From: Anaerolineales bacterium
GTDB lineage: Bacteria; Chloroflexota; Anaerolineae; Anaerolineales; JABWBV01
Direction: 5' to 3'
DNA: 64,000 bases
Assembly (NCBI GenBank): GCA_035512695.1
Contig: DATKDL010000027.1
Coordinates: 21,357-85,356, forward strand
A program made the position numbers and the translations under genes. Positions within the stretch are counted from its first letter, which is position 1. Every line of letters starts with the position of its first letter. This document shows, piece after piece, positions 17,169 to 26,347 of this stretch. The notes beneath the pieces are model-generated. The model saw nothing but the letters and a program-made list of their open reading frames with translations, made no database searches and was not told the DNA's origin.

Positions 17169-19213
17169 CATTTTGTCAGATCCTCATTCACCATCTCCCT
17201 CACCGCCTCCACCACCTCCGGGTTCGCCAGCGTGGTGATATCCCCCACGTCCATGTGATTTGAAATCGCCGCCAGCACCCGCCGCATGATCTTCCCCGAG
17301 CGCGTCTTCGGCATGTCCGGGACGATCCAGACGTGCTTCGGCCGCGCGATCTTGCCGATGTTCTCTTCAATTGCCCGGACGACGCGCACCTGGATATCCT
17401 CGGACGGCTCGATTCCCGGCTTCAACGAGACGTAGATCTCCGGCATCTTGCCTTTGACCTCGTCGTTGACCGGCACGACCGAGGCCTCGGCGATCTCGGG
17501 CACAAGCAGGCAGGCCGATTCGAGCTCCTTGGTCCCCAACCGGTGCCCGGCCACGTTGATCACATCGTCGATCCGGCCCAGGATCCGAAAATAGCCGTCC
17601 GGGGACTGCATCGCCGCATCACCAGGGATATAGGGCCAGTCACGCCAGTCCCTGCTGTCCTTGTTCTTGTTGAACTTGGCGAAATAGGTCTGGATGTAGC
17701 GCTCCCGGTCGCCCCAGATGCCCTGGAACTGCCCGGGCCAGGGGTTCTTGATCACGATGTATCCCGCCCGGTTGGCGCCCGGCGGGATTTCGTTGCCCGC
17801 CTCATCCAGGATCTTTGGGTGGATCCCCGGCATCGCCGGCCCGGCGCTGCCGGGTTTCATCGGGTGGATCCCCGGCATCGTGCTGCACAGGAACCCACCG
17901 GTCTCGGTCTGCCACCACGTATCGACGATGACGGCTTCGCCTTTCCCGATCTCGTGGTAATACCACTTCCAGACCGCAGGCTCGATCGGCTCGCCGACCG
18001 TCGTCATGTGCTTGAACTTGAAATCGTATTTGCGCGGCTCATCCGGCCCGGCCTTGCGCAGCATCCGCACCGTCGTCGGGGCAGTGTGGAAGATGTTGAC
18101 TCCCAGCTGCTCGGCAATCCGCCAGGCGCGGCCGGCGTCCGGGTAGGTCGGGACGCCCTCGTACAGGACGCTGGTCGCCGCCAGCGCCAGCGGGCCGTAG
18201 ACGATGTAGGAATGCCCGGTGATCCAGCCGATGTCGGCCATGCACCAGTAAACGTCCTCGGGATGGATGTCCTGCACATACTTCGTAGTCCCGGTCGCGT
18301 AGGCCAGGTAGCCTCCGGTCCCGTGCTCGCAGCCCTTCGGGCGGCCGGTCGTCCCGCTCGTGTACATCAAAAAGAGCGGTGCTTCGGCCGGCATCGAGAC
18401 CGGGTCGACCCGGGCGCCGGGATGCTTTTCCAGCAGCCGGTCGACGAAGAAATCGCGGCCCGTGACCATCGGGGTCTCCGAGGCGTAGCGTCCCGGGAAG
18501 CGCCGCCAGACCAGGACCTGCCGGACTTCCTGTCCCTCCTTCGCCGCCGCCGCGACGGCCTCGTCGGCCTTGACCTTGTGATCGATCAATCCCCCGCTGC
18601 GGTAGTAGCCGTCCATGACGATCAGGACCTCGCTGCCGGAATCCGCCGCCCGCTCGCCGCAAGCCTTCCCGCTGAACCCGCCGAAAACGACCGAATGGAT
18701 CACCCCCAGTCGGGCCAGCGCCAGCATCGTGACCGGCAGCTCGGGAACCATCGGCATGTGGATCGTGACCCGGTCGCCGGCCTTCAGACCGCACTCGTCT
18801 CGCAGGACGGCGGCGAACTCGTTGACCCGCACCCACAGCTCCCGGTAAGTCAGGACCACGTGCTGCTCGTCCTCCGGCTCCGGGACCCAGATCAGGGCAG
18901 CCTTGTTGCCGTAGCGGGCCAGGTGCCTATCGACGCAGTTGTAGCTGGCATTCAGACGCCCGCCTACGAACCACTTCCACTGCGGCGCCTCGCCGGTATC
19001 GAGCGTCGTATCCCAGCCCCTGTCCCAGTCGAGCAGGTCGGCGTATTCCTTGAAGCAGTCGGGGAAATTGTCCAGGCTGAACCGGTCGTAAATGCCGGGG
19101 TCGGTCATGTTGGCCTGCGCGATAAAGGCCGGGGCGGGATGGAAATAACTTTCTTCCTGCCAGTGGACGGCGATGGCGGCTTCGCTGACACCTGAAATTT
19201 CACTGTCGGACAT
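17168..19213 (-). CDS. acs: AMP-forming acetyl-CoA synthetase family ligase (acetate or short-chain acyl substrate)
   Basis: WFVGGRLNASYNCVDRHL, YTSGTTGRPKG, the YWCMADIGWITGHSY core and C-terminal SGKIMRR are all typical of Acs. Substrate specificity cannot be read from the sequence. Confidence 0.7.
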   Translation of the reverse strand: MSDSEISGVSEAAIAVHWQEESYFHPAPAFIAQANMTDPGIYDRFSLDNFPDCFKEYADLLDWDRGWDTTLDTGEAPQWKWFVGGRLNASYNCVDRHLARYGNKAALIWVPEPEDEQHVVLTYRELWVRVNEFAAVLRDECGLKAGDRVTIHMPMVPELPVTMLALARLGVIHSVVFGGFSGKACGERAADSGSEVLIVMDGYYRSGGLIDHKVKADEAVAAAAKEGQEVRQVLVWRRFPGRYASETPMVTGRDFFVDRLLEKHPGARVDPVSMPAEAPLFLMYTSGTTGRPKGCEHGTGGYLAYATGTTKYVQDIHPEDVYWCMADIGWITGHSYIVYGPLALAATSVLYEGVPTYPDAGRAWRIAEQLGVNIFHTAPTTVRMLRKAGPDEPRKYDFKFKHMTTVGEPIEPAVWKWYYHEIGKGEAVIVDTWWQTETGGFLCSTMPGIHPMKPGSAGPAMPGIHPKILDEAGNEIPPGANRAGYIVIKNPWPGQFQGIWGDRERYIQTYFAKFNKNKDSRDWRDWPYIPGDAAMQSPDGYFRILGRIDDVINVAGHRLGTKELESACLLVPEIAEASVVPVNDEVKGKMPEIYVSLKPGIEPSEDIQVRVVRAIEENIGKIARPKHVWIVPDMPKTRSGKIMRRVLAAISNHMDVGDITTLANPEVVEAVREMVNEDLTK

Positions 19214-19261
19214 GGGGTGCTCCTGAGGATGGGGCGTGGATTTTGTGGGATTATAGCAGAC

Positions 19262-19370
19262 GACGAAATGACGAATGGACGAATGGGCGAATGGGCGACA
19301 AAGAAACGTCGCCTATTCGTCCATTCGCCCATTCGCCCATTCGCCCATTCGTCAATTCGTCAATTCGTTC
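19262..19370. repeat. Palindrome built from tandem 8-nt units (GGCGAATG / CATTCGCC) between divergent acs and sbcC
   Basis: Left arm GACGAAATGACGAATGGACGAATGGGCGAATGGGCGAC. Loop AAAGAAAC. Right arm GTCGCCTATTCGTCCATTCGCCCATTCGCCCATTCGCCCATTCGTCAATTCGTCAATTCGTTC, with about 7 units against about 4 in the left arm. Confidence 0.85.
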
Positions 19371-19376
19371 TATAAT
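19371..19376 (+). promoter_or_regulatory. TATAAT -10 box 7 nt upstream of the sbcC ATG (leaderless-type geometry)
   Basis: TATAAT-tccccca-ATG(19384), with no SD in between. Confidence 0.4.
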
Positions 19377-19383
19377 TCCCCCA

Positions 19384-21954
19384 ATGATCCCCATAAAACT
19401 CACCCTCTCCGGCTTCCTCTCCTACAAGGAACCCGTCACCCTCGACTTCACCTCCTTCGACCTGGCCTGCATCGCCGGCCCAAATGGGGCGGGGAAGTCG
19501 AGCCTGCTGGATGCGCTGACGTACGCCCTCTTCGGGAAAGCCCGGCGGGCGGACGAGATGCTGATCAACCTCGCCTGCGAGACGGCTTTCGTGGAGCTGG
19601 TCTTCGATTATGAGGGCAGCCGCTACCGGGTCCAGCGGACGAACCCGCGCGGCAAATCGACGATTCTCGAGTTCCAGATCGCCCGACCCGGTGAGAATGG
19701 GGAGGCAGGCAGTTGGAAACCGATGACCCAGCGCACCGTCCGGGACACGCAGCGCGGCATCGAGGAGACCCTGCGGCTGGACTACGAGACTTTTACAAAC
19801 GCCGCCTTCTTTCTGCAGGGGCAGGCCGACCAGTTCACCCAGCAGACCCCCTCCCATCGCAAAGCGATCCTGGGCAGCATCCTGGGGCTCGACGTTTGGG
19901 AGGAATACCGCCTCAGAGCCGCCGAGCGGCGCAGGGCGGTCGAGGGGGAGGTGCGAGCGCTGGAAGGCCGGCTGGCCGAAATCCACTCGGAACTGGCCGA
20001 AGCCGATGACCGGATGGCCCTGCTCGAGTCGCTCAATGCCGAACTGGATCTGCTGGTCGGGTCGCGGGCAGCCCAGGAGACCGTCCTCGAGTCGATCCGC
20101 CGGATCCAGGCCGGGATCGAGGAACAGGCCCGGTTTGTCGATGGTCTCGAAAAGCAGGTCGAAACTGGGCGCCGGCGGGTGAGCGGGCTCGAAGCCCGGA
20201 TCGGGGCGCGCACGCAGGAGCGCGACGAGATCGCCGCGATCCGTGAGCGTGAGGCGGAAATCCGGGGGGGGTTCACCGAGCTGGAGGAGGCGCAGGTCCG
20301 TCTAGCGGAATGGGACACGGCCCACCGCGAACACGAGTCGGCCCGGCGGGCGCCGCAGGCTGACATCGAGAAGGCCCGGGCCCGTTTGGAGGCCGAACTC
20401 GAGCAGCTCCACGCCCGCGAGAAAGAGGCTGGAGCGGCCGCTGATGAGGTGGAGGAGATACGGCGGAAGATCGCCGGTCTCCGGATCGAGTTGGAGGCTG
20501 TCGAGGCGAAACTCGCAGACAGAGACCGGTTGGTGGCCGAACTGGACGAAGCCCAAAAAGGACTGGCCGAAGCCCGTGCGGAAAACCCGAGGCTCAAAGA
20601 AGAGATGGAAGCCTTGAAAGAGCGGATCGAGAACCTGGAGGAGACCCCGGAAGAGGACGCGCCCTGCCCGGTCTGCGGGCAGCCGCTGACCGTCGAGCAT
20701 CGCAACGAACTGATCGAGTCGCTGCGAGCGGAGGGCAAGGACAAAGGCGACCAGTACCGGGCCAACCAGGACCTGATGCGAACGGCCGGCGATCGGGTCG
20801 GGTCGCTCGAAGCGGAGATCGCGGCGCTGCGCAAGGCGGAACCGGAGGAGCGCGGAATAACGACCGAGCTGCTGGGGCTTCAAAGCCGGGAGGCGGTTTG
20901 CTCGGCTTTGACAACCGCCTGGGAGGCGGAGGGCCAGCCGCGGCTGGAGGCGGTCCGGGGGGAGCTGGAAGGAGAGCGCTTCGCCCCCGAAACCCGCGCC
21001 GCGCTGGCCGAGATCGACGCAGTCCTGAAAGCGACCGGCTACGACCCAACCGAGGCGGACCGGCTGCGTAAGCTGTCCGCTTCAGGCGATGCGATCCGGA
21101 AAGACATGCGTAAACTCGAGATGGCGGCCGCGGCGCTTGAGCCGTTGGAGCGCGAGATGGGGGATTTGAAAAAGGAGTTCAAGGCCGCAAGCGCTGATTT
21201 GAAGGACCAGGTGGCTTCGCTCGAAGATTCAACTGCTGCGCTGGAGGAGGCCAAAGCCAAAGCGCCGGACTTCCAGAAAGCTCAGCGTGATTTGCTGGAC
21301 ATGCAGGAAAACGAAAACCAGCTGCGGATGCGGATCGGATCGGCACAGCAAAAGGTCGATGTGCTGGACAGTTTGCGGGAGCGGAAGGCCGCGCTGGACG
21401 AGGAGAAGGCCGGGTGCCTGGCGCAGATCGCGCATCTCAAGCAGCTCGAGCGAGCCTTTGGGAAGGACGGAGTCCCGGCGTTGCTGATCGAGCAGGCCAT
21501 CCCGCAGATCGAGAGCAAGGCGAACGAGATCCTCGAACGGCTGAGCGGTGGGGAGATGTCGGTCCGGTTCGAAACCCAGCGCGAGCTCAAGACGCGGGAC
21601 AGCCTGCGCGAGACTCTCGATATCACGATCAGCGACGGCGCAGGGGTGCGGGATTACGAGATGTATTCGGGAGGTGAGGCGTTCCGGGTCGATTTCGCCG
21701 TGCGGCTGGCCTTATCGGAGGTGCTGGCGCGGCGGGCGGGAGCACGGCTGCAGACACTGGTGGTCGATGAGGGTTTCGGGAGCCAGGACGAGGCCGGCCG
21801 GCAGCGGTTGATCGAGGCGATCAACATGGTGCGCGGGGATTTCGCCAAGGTGCTTGTCATCACGCACATCGAGGCGCTGAAAGACGCATTTCCGACGAGG
21901 ATCGAGGTGGAGAAAAGGGTCGATGGGTCCCAGGTCAGCGTCATCAACGGTTGA
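19384..21954 (+). CDS. sbcC: SbcC/Rad50-family SMC-like ATPase (DNA double-strand-break repair nuclease subunit)
   Basis: Walker A GPNGAGKSS. Long coiled coil with a central zinc hook CPVCGQ. Signature YSGGEAFRV. Walker B/D-loop LVVDEGFGSQD. The start is at MIPIKLTLSGF; the upstream part of the track ORF is the translated repeat. Confidence 0.85.
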   Translation: MIPIKLTLSGFLSYKEPVTLDFTSFDLACIAGPNGAGKSSLLDALTYALFGKARRADEMLINLACETAFVELVFDYEGSRYRVQRTNPRGKSTILEFQIARPGENGEAGSWKPMTQRTVRDTQRGIEETLRLDYETFTNAAFFLQGQADQFTQQTPSHRKAILGSILGLDVWEEYRLRAAERRRAVEGEVRALEGRLAEIHSELAEADDRMALLESLNAELDLLVGSRAAQETVLESIRRIQAGIEEQARFVDGLEKQVETGRRRVSGLEARIGARTQERDEIAAIREREAEIRGGFTELEEAQVRLAEWDTAHREHESARRAPQADIEKARARLEAELEQLHAREKEAGAAADEVEEIRRKIAGLRIELEAVEAKLADRDRLVAELDEAQKGLAEARAENPRLKEEMEALKERIENLEETPEEDAPCPVCGQPLTVEHRNELIESLRAEGKDKGDQYRANQDLMRTAGDRVGSLEAEIAALRKAEPEERGITTELLGLQSREAVCSALTTAWEAEGQPRLEAVRGELEGERFAPETRAALAEIDAVLKATGYDPTEADRLRKLSASGDAIRKDMRKLEMAAAALEPLEREMGDLKKEFKAASADLKDQVASLEDSTAALEEAKAKAPDFQKAQRDLLDMQENENQLRMRIGSAQQKVDVLDSLRERKAALDEEKAGCLAQIAHLKQLERAFGKDGVPALLIEQAIPQIESKANEILERLSGGEMSVRFETQRELKTRDSLRETLDITISDGAGVRDYEMYSGGEAFRVDFAVRLALSEVLARRAGARLQTLVVDEGFGSQDEAGRQRLIEAINMVRGDFAKVLVITHIEALKDAFPTRIEVEKRVDGSQVSVING

Positions 21955-21987
21955 CGGTCGGGCCGGCTGGGAACGATTGGAAGGTTG

Positions 21988-24033
21988 TTAGACCGGCTCG
22001 GCGTATTCTGCAACCCGGTCGCGGCCGGCACGCTTGGCCTGGTACATCGCGCTGTCGGCGGCATGCAACAGTTCTTCCGGCGTTTCACCGTGTACAGGGA
22101 AAACGGCGATACCGACCGAGATGGAGATCGGTCCGAGCACCATCCCATCGAATTCCACATTCAAGTTGTGCAAACCGCTGTGGATCTCCTCTGCCCGTTC
22201 TCGGACAGCATCCGGCTCCGCGTCCGGCAAGATCAGGGCGAACTCCTCTCCGCCCATCCGGCAGGCGATGTCGCTGGCGCGCAGGCTTCGCCTGAGGTAC
22301 TGTCCCAGGGCGCTCAGCACGGCGTCGCCGGCCGCGTGTCCGTGCGAATCGTTAAAGGCCTTGAAGTGGTCGATGTCGAGCATGAGGATCCCCAGGCCAC
22401 GGTTGTTGCGTTTGGCGCGGTGCAGTTCACGTTCGAGGGTTTCGTCCAGGTACCGCCGGTTGTAAAGGTCGGTGAGCGTGTCCCGGATCGATTGGTTTCG
22501 CAGGGTTTCCCGCAACCGGAGGTTCGCCAGGGCCAGGGCGGCGTTGTCCGCCACGGTCTGCGCCAACCTGCGCTGCGAATCGATTATTTGGTCTCCTCCA
22601 TTGCCCTGTTCCAGGTGCAGCAAACCCAGGGGCTCTCCCTGGGCGATCAGCGGCATACATAAATGAGCCGCACCGTTTTCCGCCAGATGGCGGCACCGGC
22701 GCCCGGGCTCATCGGATGGGCTGAGATGCGCTCGCCCGCGACGCAGCGCCCAGCAATCCTCCGGCGTGAAAACTTTCTCTCGGACCTCGGCGGTTCCCCA
22801 TTCAGCCATCGTCACCAGGCTGGCGCGCGATGTGCCCTGTACGCACAGACCGCCCGATCCGCCGGGGAATAGCTGCTGAGCCGAGCCGGAAACGATCTGC
22901 AAGGCTTCCTCGATGCTGACGCTGGCCTGCAGCAATTCGCCGAGTTCGTTAAGGATCGCCATCTCGGCCGTGCGCTGCTCCATCTCGGAAAGCCACCGGG
23001 TCAGCCGGGCGTTCGATTCGTTCAGTGCGGCCTCGGCCGTTTTGCGAGCGTGGATTTCTTTGATGTGCGTGATGAAGTAGGCGGGTCTCGCTGCGAGGTC
23101 GCGGACAAGTGAGACGCTCAGGATCACCCACACCAGATCGCCCGATCGGATCCTTAACTGCCTCTCCATCTGGTAGCTCCGGATTTCATCCGCAAGCAGC
23201 GCGGCTCGCCGATCCAAATCCTGGTCGCGTTCTTCGGGCACGATCAGGTCGGCCAGGGTCATGGTCAGCAGAGCGGCATCGTCATACTCCACCAGGCCGG
23301 ATAGCGCCTGGTTCACCTGTATAAGCCTTCCGTCGGTCGCCACCATAGCCATGCCGTTCGGGGCCAGGTCGAAAGCGCTGGTAAAACGCTGTGAACTCTC
23401 GGCCAGGCTCCTGCCCTGTGTTTCTAAGCGGGCCGAGTCGCGTTCGTGAATGGCGGCGCCGATCACCACCAGGAAAGACACGACAGCCAGCAGGAGCAGC
23501 GTGTAAAAAACTTCCCACAGGCTGTGATCGGTCAACGTCGAATAAAGGACCCATGACAAACCCAGGATCAGGATCGCGTGCCCCGCAGCAAAACGCGGAG
23601 GCATCAGCAGACCGCCTAAGATCACCGGAACGATCAACCAAATAAGCGTATGCTCTTGCTTGATTAGCTCACTCGGATCGATGATATTGGGGATTGCGAT
23701 CGACAGCAAAACCACGGTCATGGTCAGGCCGGCTGCCGACAGATACCGGCCCGTTCGTCCCAAACCATATGCAATGCCCAGCACCGCCAGGCTCGAAAGG
23801 CTACTGATGAGAGCGCCTCGGTTGACCCCTGCGCCGGTAAAGAGACGAACGCCCAGAACAACCCCCAAAACAAGTGTAACTGCGATCAACGTAAGCAGCA
23901 CACCAGACAGCATTCGAAGCCGGCTGCGCCAGCGCTCAGGGGTCGCGGGGGGAGGTTCGATCAGACGGGTAATCAGCTTGCCGATGCGGGATGTTGGGTT
24001 GTGGGTACCGGGGCGAGGAGTCGTGAGCATCAA
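21988..24033 (-). CDS. Membrane sensor diguanylate cyclase (multi-TM, PAS, GAF, GGDEF)
   Basis: ~6 N-terminal TM helices. PAS-like region (FDLAPNGMAMVATDGRLIQVNQAL). GAF-like region. GGDEF domain with RMGGEEFALILP. Confidence 0.85.
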   Translation of the reverse strand: MMLTTPRPGTHNPTSRIGKLITRLIEPPPATPERWRSRLRMLSGVLLTLIAVTLVLGVVLGVRLFTGAGVNRGALISSLSSLAVLGIAYGLGRTGRYLSAAGLTMTVVLLSIAIPNIIDPSELIKQEHTLIWLIVPVILGGLLMPPRFAAGHAILILGLSWVLYSTLTDHSLWEVFYTLLLLAVVSFLVVIGAAIHERDSARLETQGRSLAESSQRFTSAFDLAPNGMAMVATDGRLIQVNQALSGLVEYDDAALLTMTLADLIVPEERDQDLDRRAALLADEIRSYQMERQLRIRSGDLVWVILSVSLVRDLAARPAYFITHIKEIHARKTAEAALNESNARLTRWLSEMEQRTAEMAILNELGELLQASVSIEEALQIVSGSAQQLFPGGSGGLCVQGTSRASLVTMAEWGTAEVREKVFTPEDCWALRRGRAHLSPSDEPGRRCRHLAENGAAHLCMPLIAQGEPLGLLHLEQGNGGDQIIDSQRRLAQTVADNAALALANLRLRETLRNQSIRDTLTDLYNRRYLDETLERELHRAKRNNRGLGILMLDIDHFKAFNDSHGHAAGDAVLSALGQYLRRSLRASDIACRMGGEEFALILPDAEPDAVRERAEEIHSGLHNLNVEFDGMVLGPISISVGIAVFPVHGETPEELLHAADSAMYQAKRAGRDRVAEYAEPV

Positions 24034-24124
24034 TTATAAGTATACCTGTTTTACGACTAACTCGAATCGCTCATCAACATTTCCATCGCCTCAATTCCAC
24101 GTAAACAGGAAAACGGGTGCACAT

Positions 24125-24167
24125 GCAAAACCGCCGTCCGGTGCAGCTCACCGGACGGCGGTTTTGC
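24125..24167 (-). terminator. Perfect 19-bp hairpin after dnaK
   Basis: GCAAAACCGCCGTCCGGTG-cagct-CACCGGACGGCGGTTTTGC. Confidence 0.7.
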
Positions 24168-24187
24168 TTGTTTACCTGACTTCTTGT

Positions 24188-26122
24188 TTACGCTTCGCGA
24201 AACTCCCCTTCGATCACTTCCCCCTCATCCTCATCTTCAGGGCCCTCCCCGTTGCCGTTGGTCTTGAACCCGCCCGCAAAGGGGTTGTCCCCGGGCTGCC
24301 CGGCGGCCTCCGGTCCGGCCTGCTGCTGGTAAAGCTGCTGGCTCAGGGCGTGGAAGGCGTGCTCGACGCCCTCACTGGCCGATTTGATCCTTCCGGCGTC
24401 GTCGGTTTGAAGGGCGTCGCGCAGTTCGTTGATGCGGCTTTCGATGCTCTCGCGTTCGCCTGTCGGAACCTTGTCGCCCAGTTCGGTGAGAGTCTTTTCG
24501 GTCTGGTAGGCAAGCGTATCGCCCTTGTTGCGGGCTTCGATCAGCTCGCGGCGGCCGCGGTCTTCGGCCTCGTGGGACTTGGCGTCTTTGACCATGCGTT
24601 CGACGTCCGAATCCGCCAGGTTGGTCGTCGCCGTGATCGTCACCTTCTGTTCCTTGCCGGTGGCCTTATCGCGGGCGGTCACATTCAGGATGCCGTTGGC
24701 GTCGATGTCGAAGGTCACTTCGACCTGTGGGACACCGCGCGGCGCCGGCGGGATGCCGTCCAGGCGGAAATTGCCCAGGCTCATGTTGTCGGCGGCCATC
24801 GGGCGCTCGCCCTGCAGGATGTGGATATCCACGGCGGTCTGGCTGTCGGCCGCGGTCGAATAGGTCTCGGTCTTGCGGATCGGGATGGTCGTGTTGCGTT
24901 CGACCATCGTCGTCATCACGCCTCCGAGCGTTTCGACGCCCAGGGAAAGCGGGGTGACGTCCAGCAAGAGGACGTCCTTGACGTCTCCGGCCAGCACGCC
25001 GGCCTGGATGGCCGCGCCGATCGCTACCACTTCATCCGGATTGACGCCCTTGTGCGGCTGCTTCTTCGTGAGGGACTGGACCAGTTCCTGGACCATCGGC
25101 ATGCGGGTCGCGCCGCCGACCAGGATAATTTCATCGACATCGGTGGGCTTCATCCCTGCGTCCTTGAGGGCCGCCTCGAACGGACCGCGCAGCCGGTCGA
25201 CCAGGTCTTCGGTCAGCTGCTCGAATTTCGAGCGGGTCAGTTTGATCTGCAGGTGCTTCGGACCCTCCGAGTCGGCAGTGATGTAGGGCAGGTTAATCTC
25301 GGTCTCGAGCACGGTCGAGAGTTCGATCTTGGCCTTTTCGGCCGCCTCCCGCAAGCGCTGGAGCGCCTGTCGGTCTTTGCCCAGGTCGATGCCCTGGTCC
25401 TTCTTGAACTCCCCGGCGAGCCAGGTGATGATGCGTTCGTCCCAGTTGTCGCCGCCGAGCAAGGTGTCTCCGTTGGTGGCCTTGACCTCCACCACGCCGC
25501 CGCCCACATCGAGCAGGCTCACGTCGAAGGTCCCGCCGCCAAGGTCGAAGACGAGGATGGTCTCGTTATCCTTCTTATCGAGCCCGTATGCCAGTGCGGC
25601 CGCGGTGGGCTCGTTGATGATGCGCTGGACTTCCAGCCCGGCGATCTTGCCGGCGTCCTTGGTGGCCTGGCGCTGGCTGTCGTTGAAATAGGCCGGGACG
25701 GTGATGACGGCCTTCGTGACCGTCTCGCCCAGGTAGGCTTCGGCGTCCGCCTTGAGCTTGGCGAGCACCATGGCGGAGATCTCCTGCGGGCTGTATTCCC
25801 GGTTGTTCTGCGGGATCTTGATGCGGGCGTCTCCATTCGGCCCTTCCACGACGTGATAAGTGACCATGTCGCGCTCGTGCTGGACCTCTTCGAAGTGCTT
25901 TCCGATAAAGCGTTTAATCGAGAAAACGGTGTTTTCCGGGTTGACGACGGCCTGCCGTTTGGCCGTCTGTCCGACGATCCTTTCCCCGTTTTTAGTGAAT
26001 GCGACGACCGACGGGACCAGCCGCGAGCCTTCCGCAGACGTGATGACGGTCGGCGATCCCCCTTCCATCACGGCGACGACGCTGTTGGTCGTGCCCAGGT
26101 CGATTCCGATGATTTTAGACAT
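24188..26122 (-). CDS. dnaK: Molecular chaperone DnaK (Hsp70)
   Basis: [18 protein letters not shown]..., [10 protein letters not shown] and other Hsp70 hallmarks. SD GGAGGT is upstream of ATG 26122. The longer track ORF adds 24 implausible residues. Confidence 0.97.
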   Translation of the reverse strand: MSKIIGIDLGTTNSVVAVMEGGSPTVITSAEGSRLVPSVVAFTKNGERIVGQTAKRQAVVNPENTVFSIKRFIGKHFEEVQHERDMVTYHVVEGPNGDARIKIPQNNREYSPQEISAMVLAKLKADAEAYLGETVTKAVITVPAYFNDSQRQATKDAGKIAGLEVQRIINEPTAAALAYGLDKKDNETILVFDLGGGTFDVSLLDVGGGVVEVKATNGDTLLGGDNWDERIITWLAGEFKKDQGIDLGKDRQALQRLREAAEKAKIELSTVLETEINLPYITADSEGPKHLQIKLTRSKFEQLTEDLVDRLRGPFEAALKDAGMKPTDVDEIILVGGATRMPMVQELVQSLTKKQPHKGVNPDEVVAIGAAIQAGVLAGDVKDVLLLDVTPLSLGVETLGGVMTTMVERNTTIPIRKTETYSTAADSQTAVDIHILQGERPMAADNMSLGNFRLDGIPPAPRGVPQVEVTFDIDANGILNVTARDKATGKEQKVTITATTNLADSDVERMVKDAKSHEAEDRGRRELIEARNKGDTLAYQTEKTLTELGDKVPTGERESIESRINELRDALQTDDAGRIKSASEGVEHAFHALSQQLYQQQAGPEAAGQPGDNPFAGGFKTNGNGEGPEDEDEGEVIEGEFREA

Positions 26123-26150
26123 GTGTACCTCCGGGTTGAGTGAGTTAGCG

Positions 26151-26182
26151 TTCGGCGAATCGGGGATTCGGCGAATTGGCGG
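26151..26182. repeat. GGCGAAT(T/C)G-type repeat block (left arm) in the dnaK 5' region
   Basis: TTCGGCGAATCGGGGATTCGGCGAATTGGCGG. It is complementary to the block at 26296-26320, about 110 nt away across an AT-rich spacer. Confidence 0.7.
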
Positions 26183-26295
26183 TTCTGTAGCCAATTTGAA
26201 TTGGTTCGATTACATATCTAAGGATAAAACACCAATACAAGAATTCCGTTAATGTTGTATCGGAAACATATCAACAATTACAATCTCTCAGACCT

Positions 26296-26320
26296 CAATT
26301 CGCCAATTCGCCAATTCGCC
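26296..26320. repeat. Three tandem CAATTCGC units (right arm) just upstream of the rnd -10 box
   Basis: CAATTCGCCAATTCGCCAATTCGCC. TATAAT at 26335-26340 follows. Confidence 0.7.
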
Positions 26321-26347
26321 CCACCCCTTCCGAGTATAATTCCTCCC

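Noticed and set aside
17333-19195. 620-aa plus-strand ORF opposite the acs-like gene
   Set aside because: This is an antisense shadow typical of GC-rich DNA. The minus-strand frame carries unmistakable acyl-CoA synthetase motifs.
19262-19370. Possibility that the tandem-unit arrays are a CRISPR array
   Set aside because: The units are 7-8 nt, directly abutting with no spacers, and arranged as inverted arms. There are no cas genes in the window.
19243-19383. N-terminal extension of sbcC (…SPIRPFAHSPIRPFVNSS…), plus similar peptides in ORFs at 40056-40297 and 52636-52730
   Set aside because: These peptides are translations of the tandem octamer repeats. The conserved SbcC N-terminus (MIPIKLTLSGF...GPNGAGKS) begins at 19384.
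23660-26143. 827-aa plus-strand ORF spanning the GGDEF gene start and all of dnaK
   Set aside because: This is a shadow ORF. It crosses an intergenic terminator and lies antisense to the fully conserved Hsp70 frame.
26123-26260. CIRCE (HrcA) heat-shock operator upstream of dnaK
   Set aside because: I searched by eye for TTAGCACTC-N9-GAGTGCTAA. Only a partial GAGTTAGCG with no inverted partner is present.
26252-26347. ATG 26252 as the rnd start codon
   Set aside because: It would add 32 residues encoded by the AT-rich spacer and the CAATTCGC repeat. It would also place the TATAAT box inside the gene. GTG 26348 gives an N-terminus of normal length before the DTES exonuclease motif. The choice remains uncertain.
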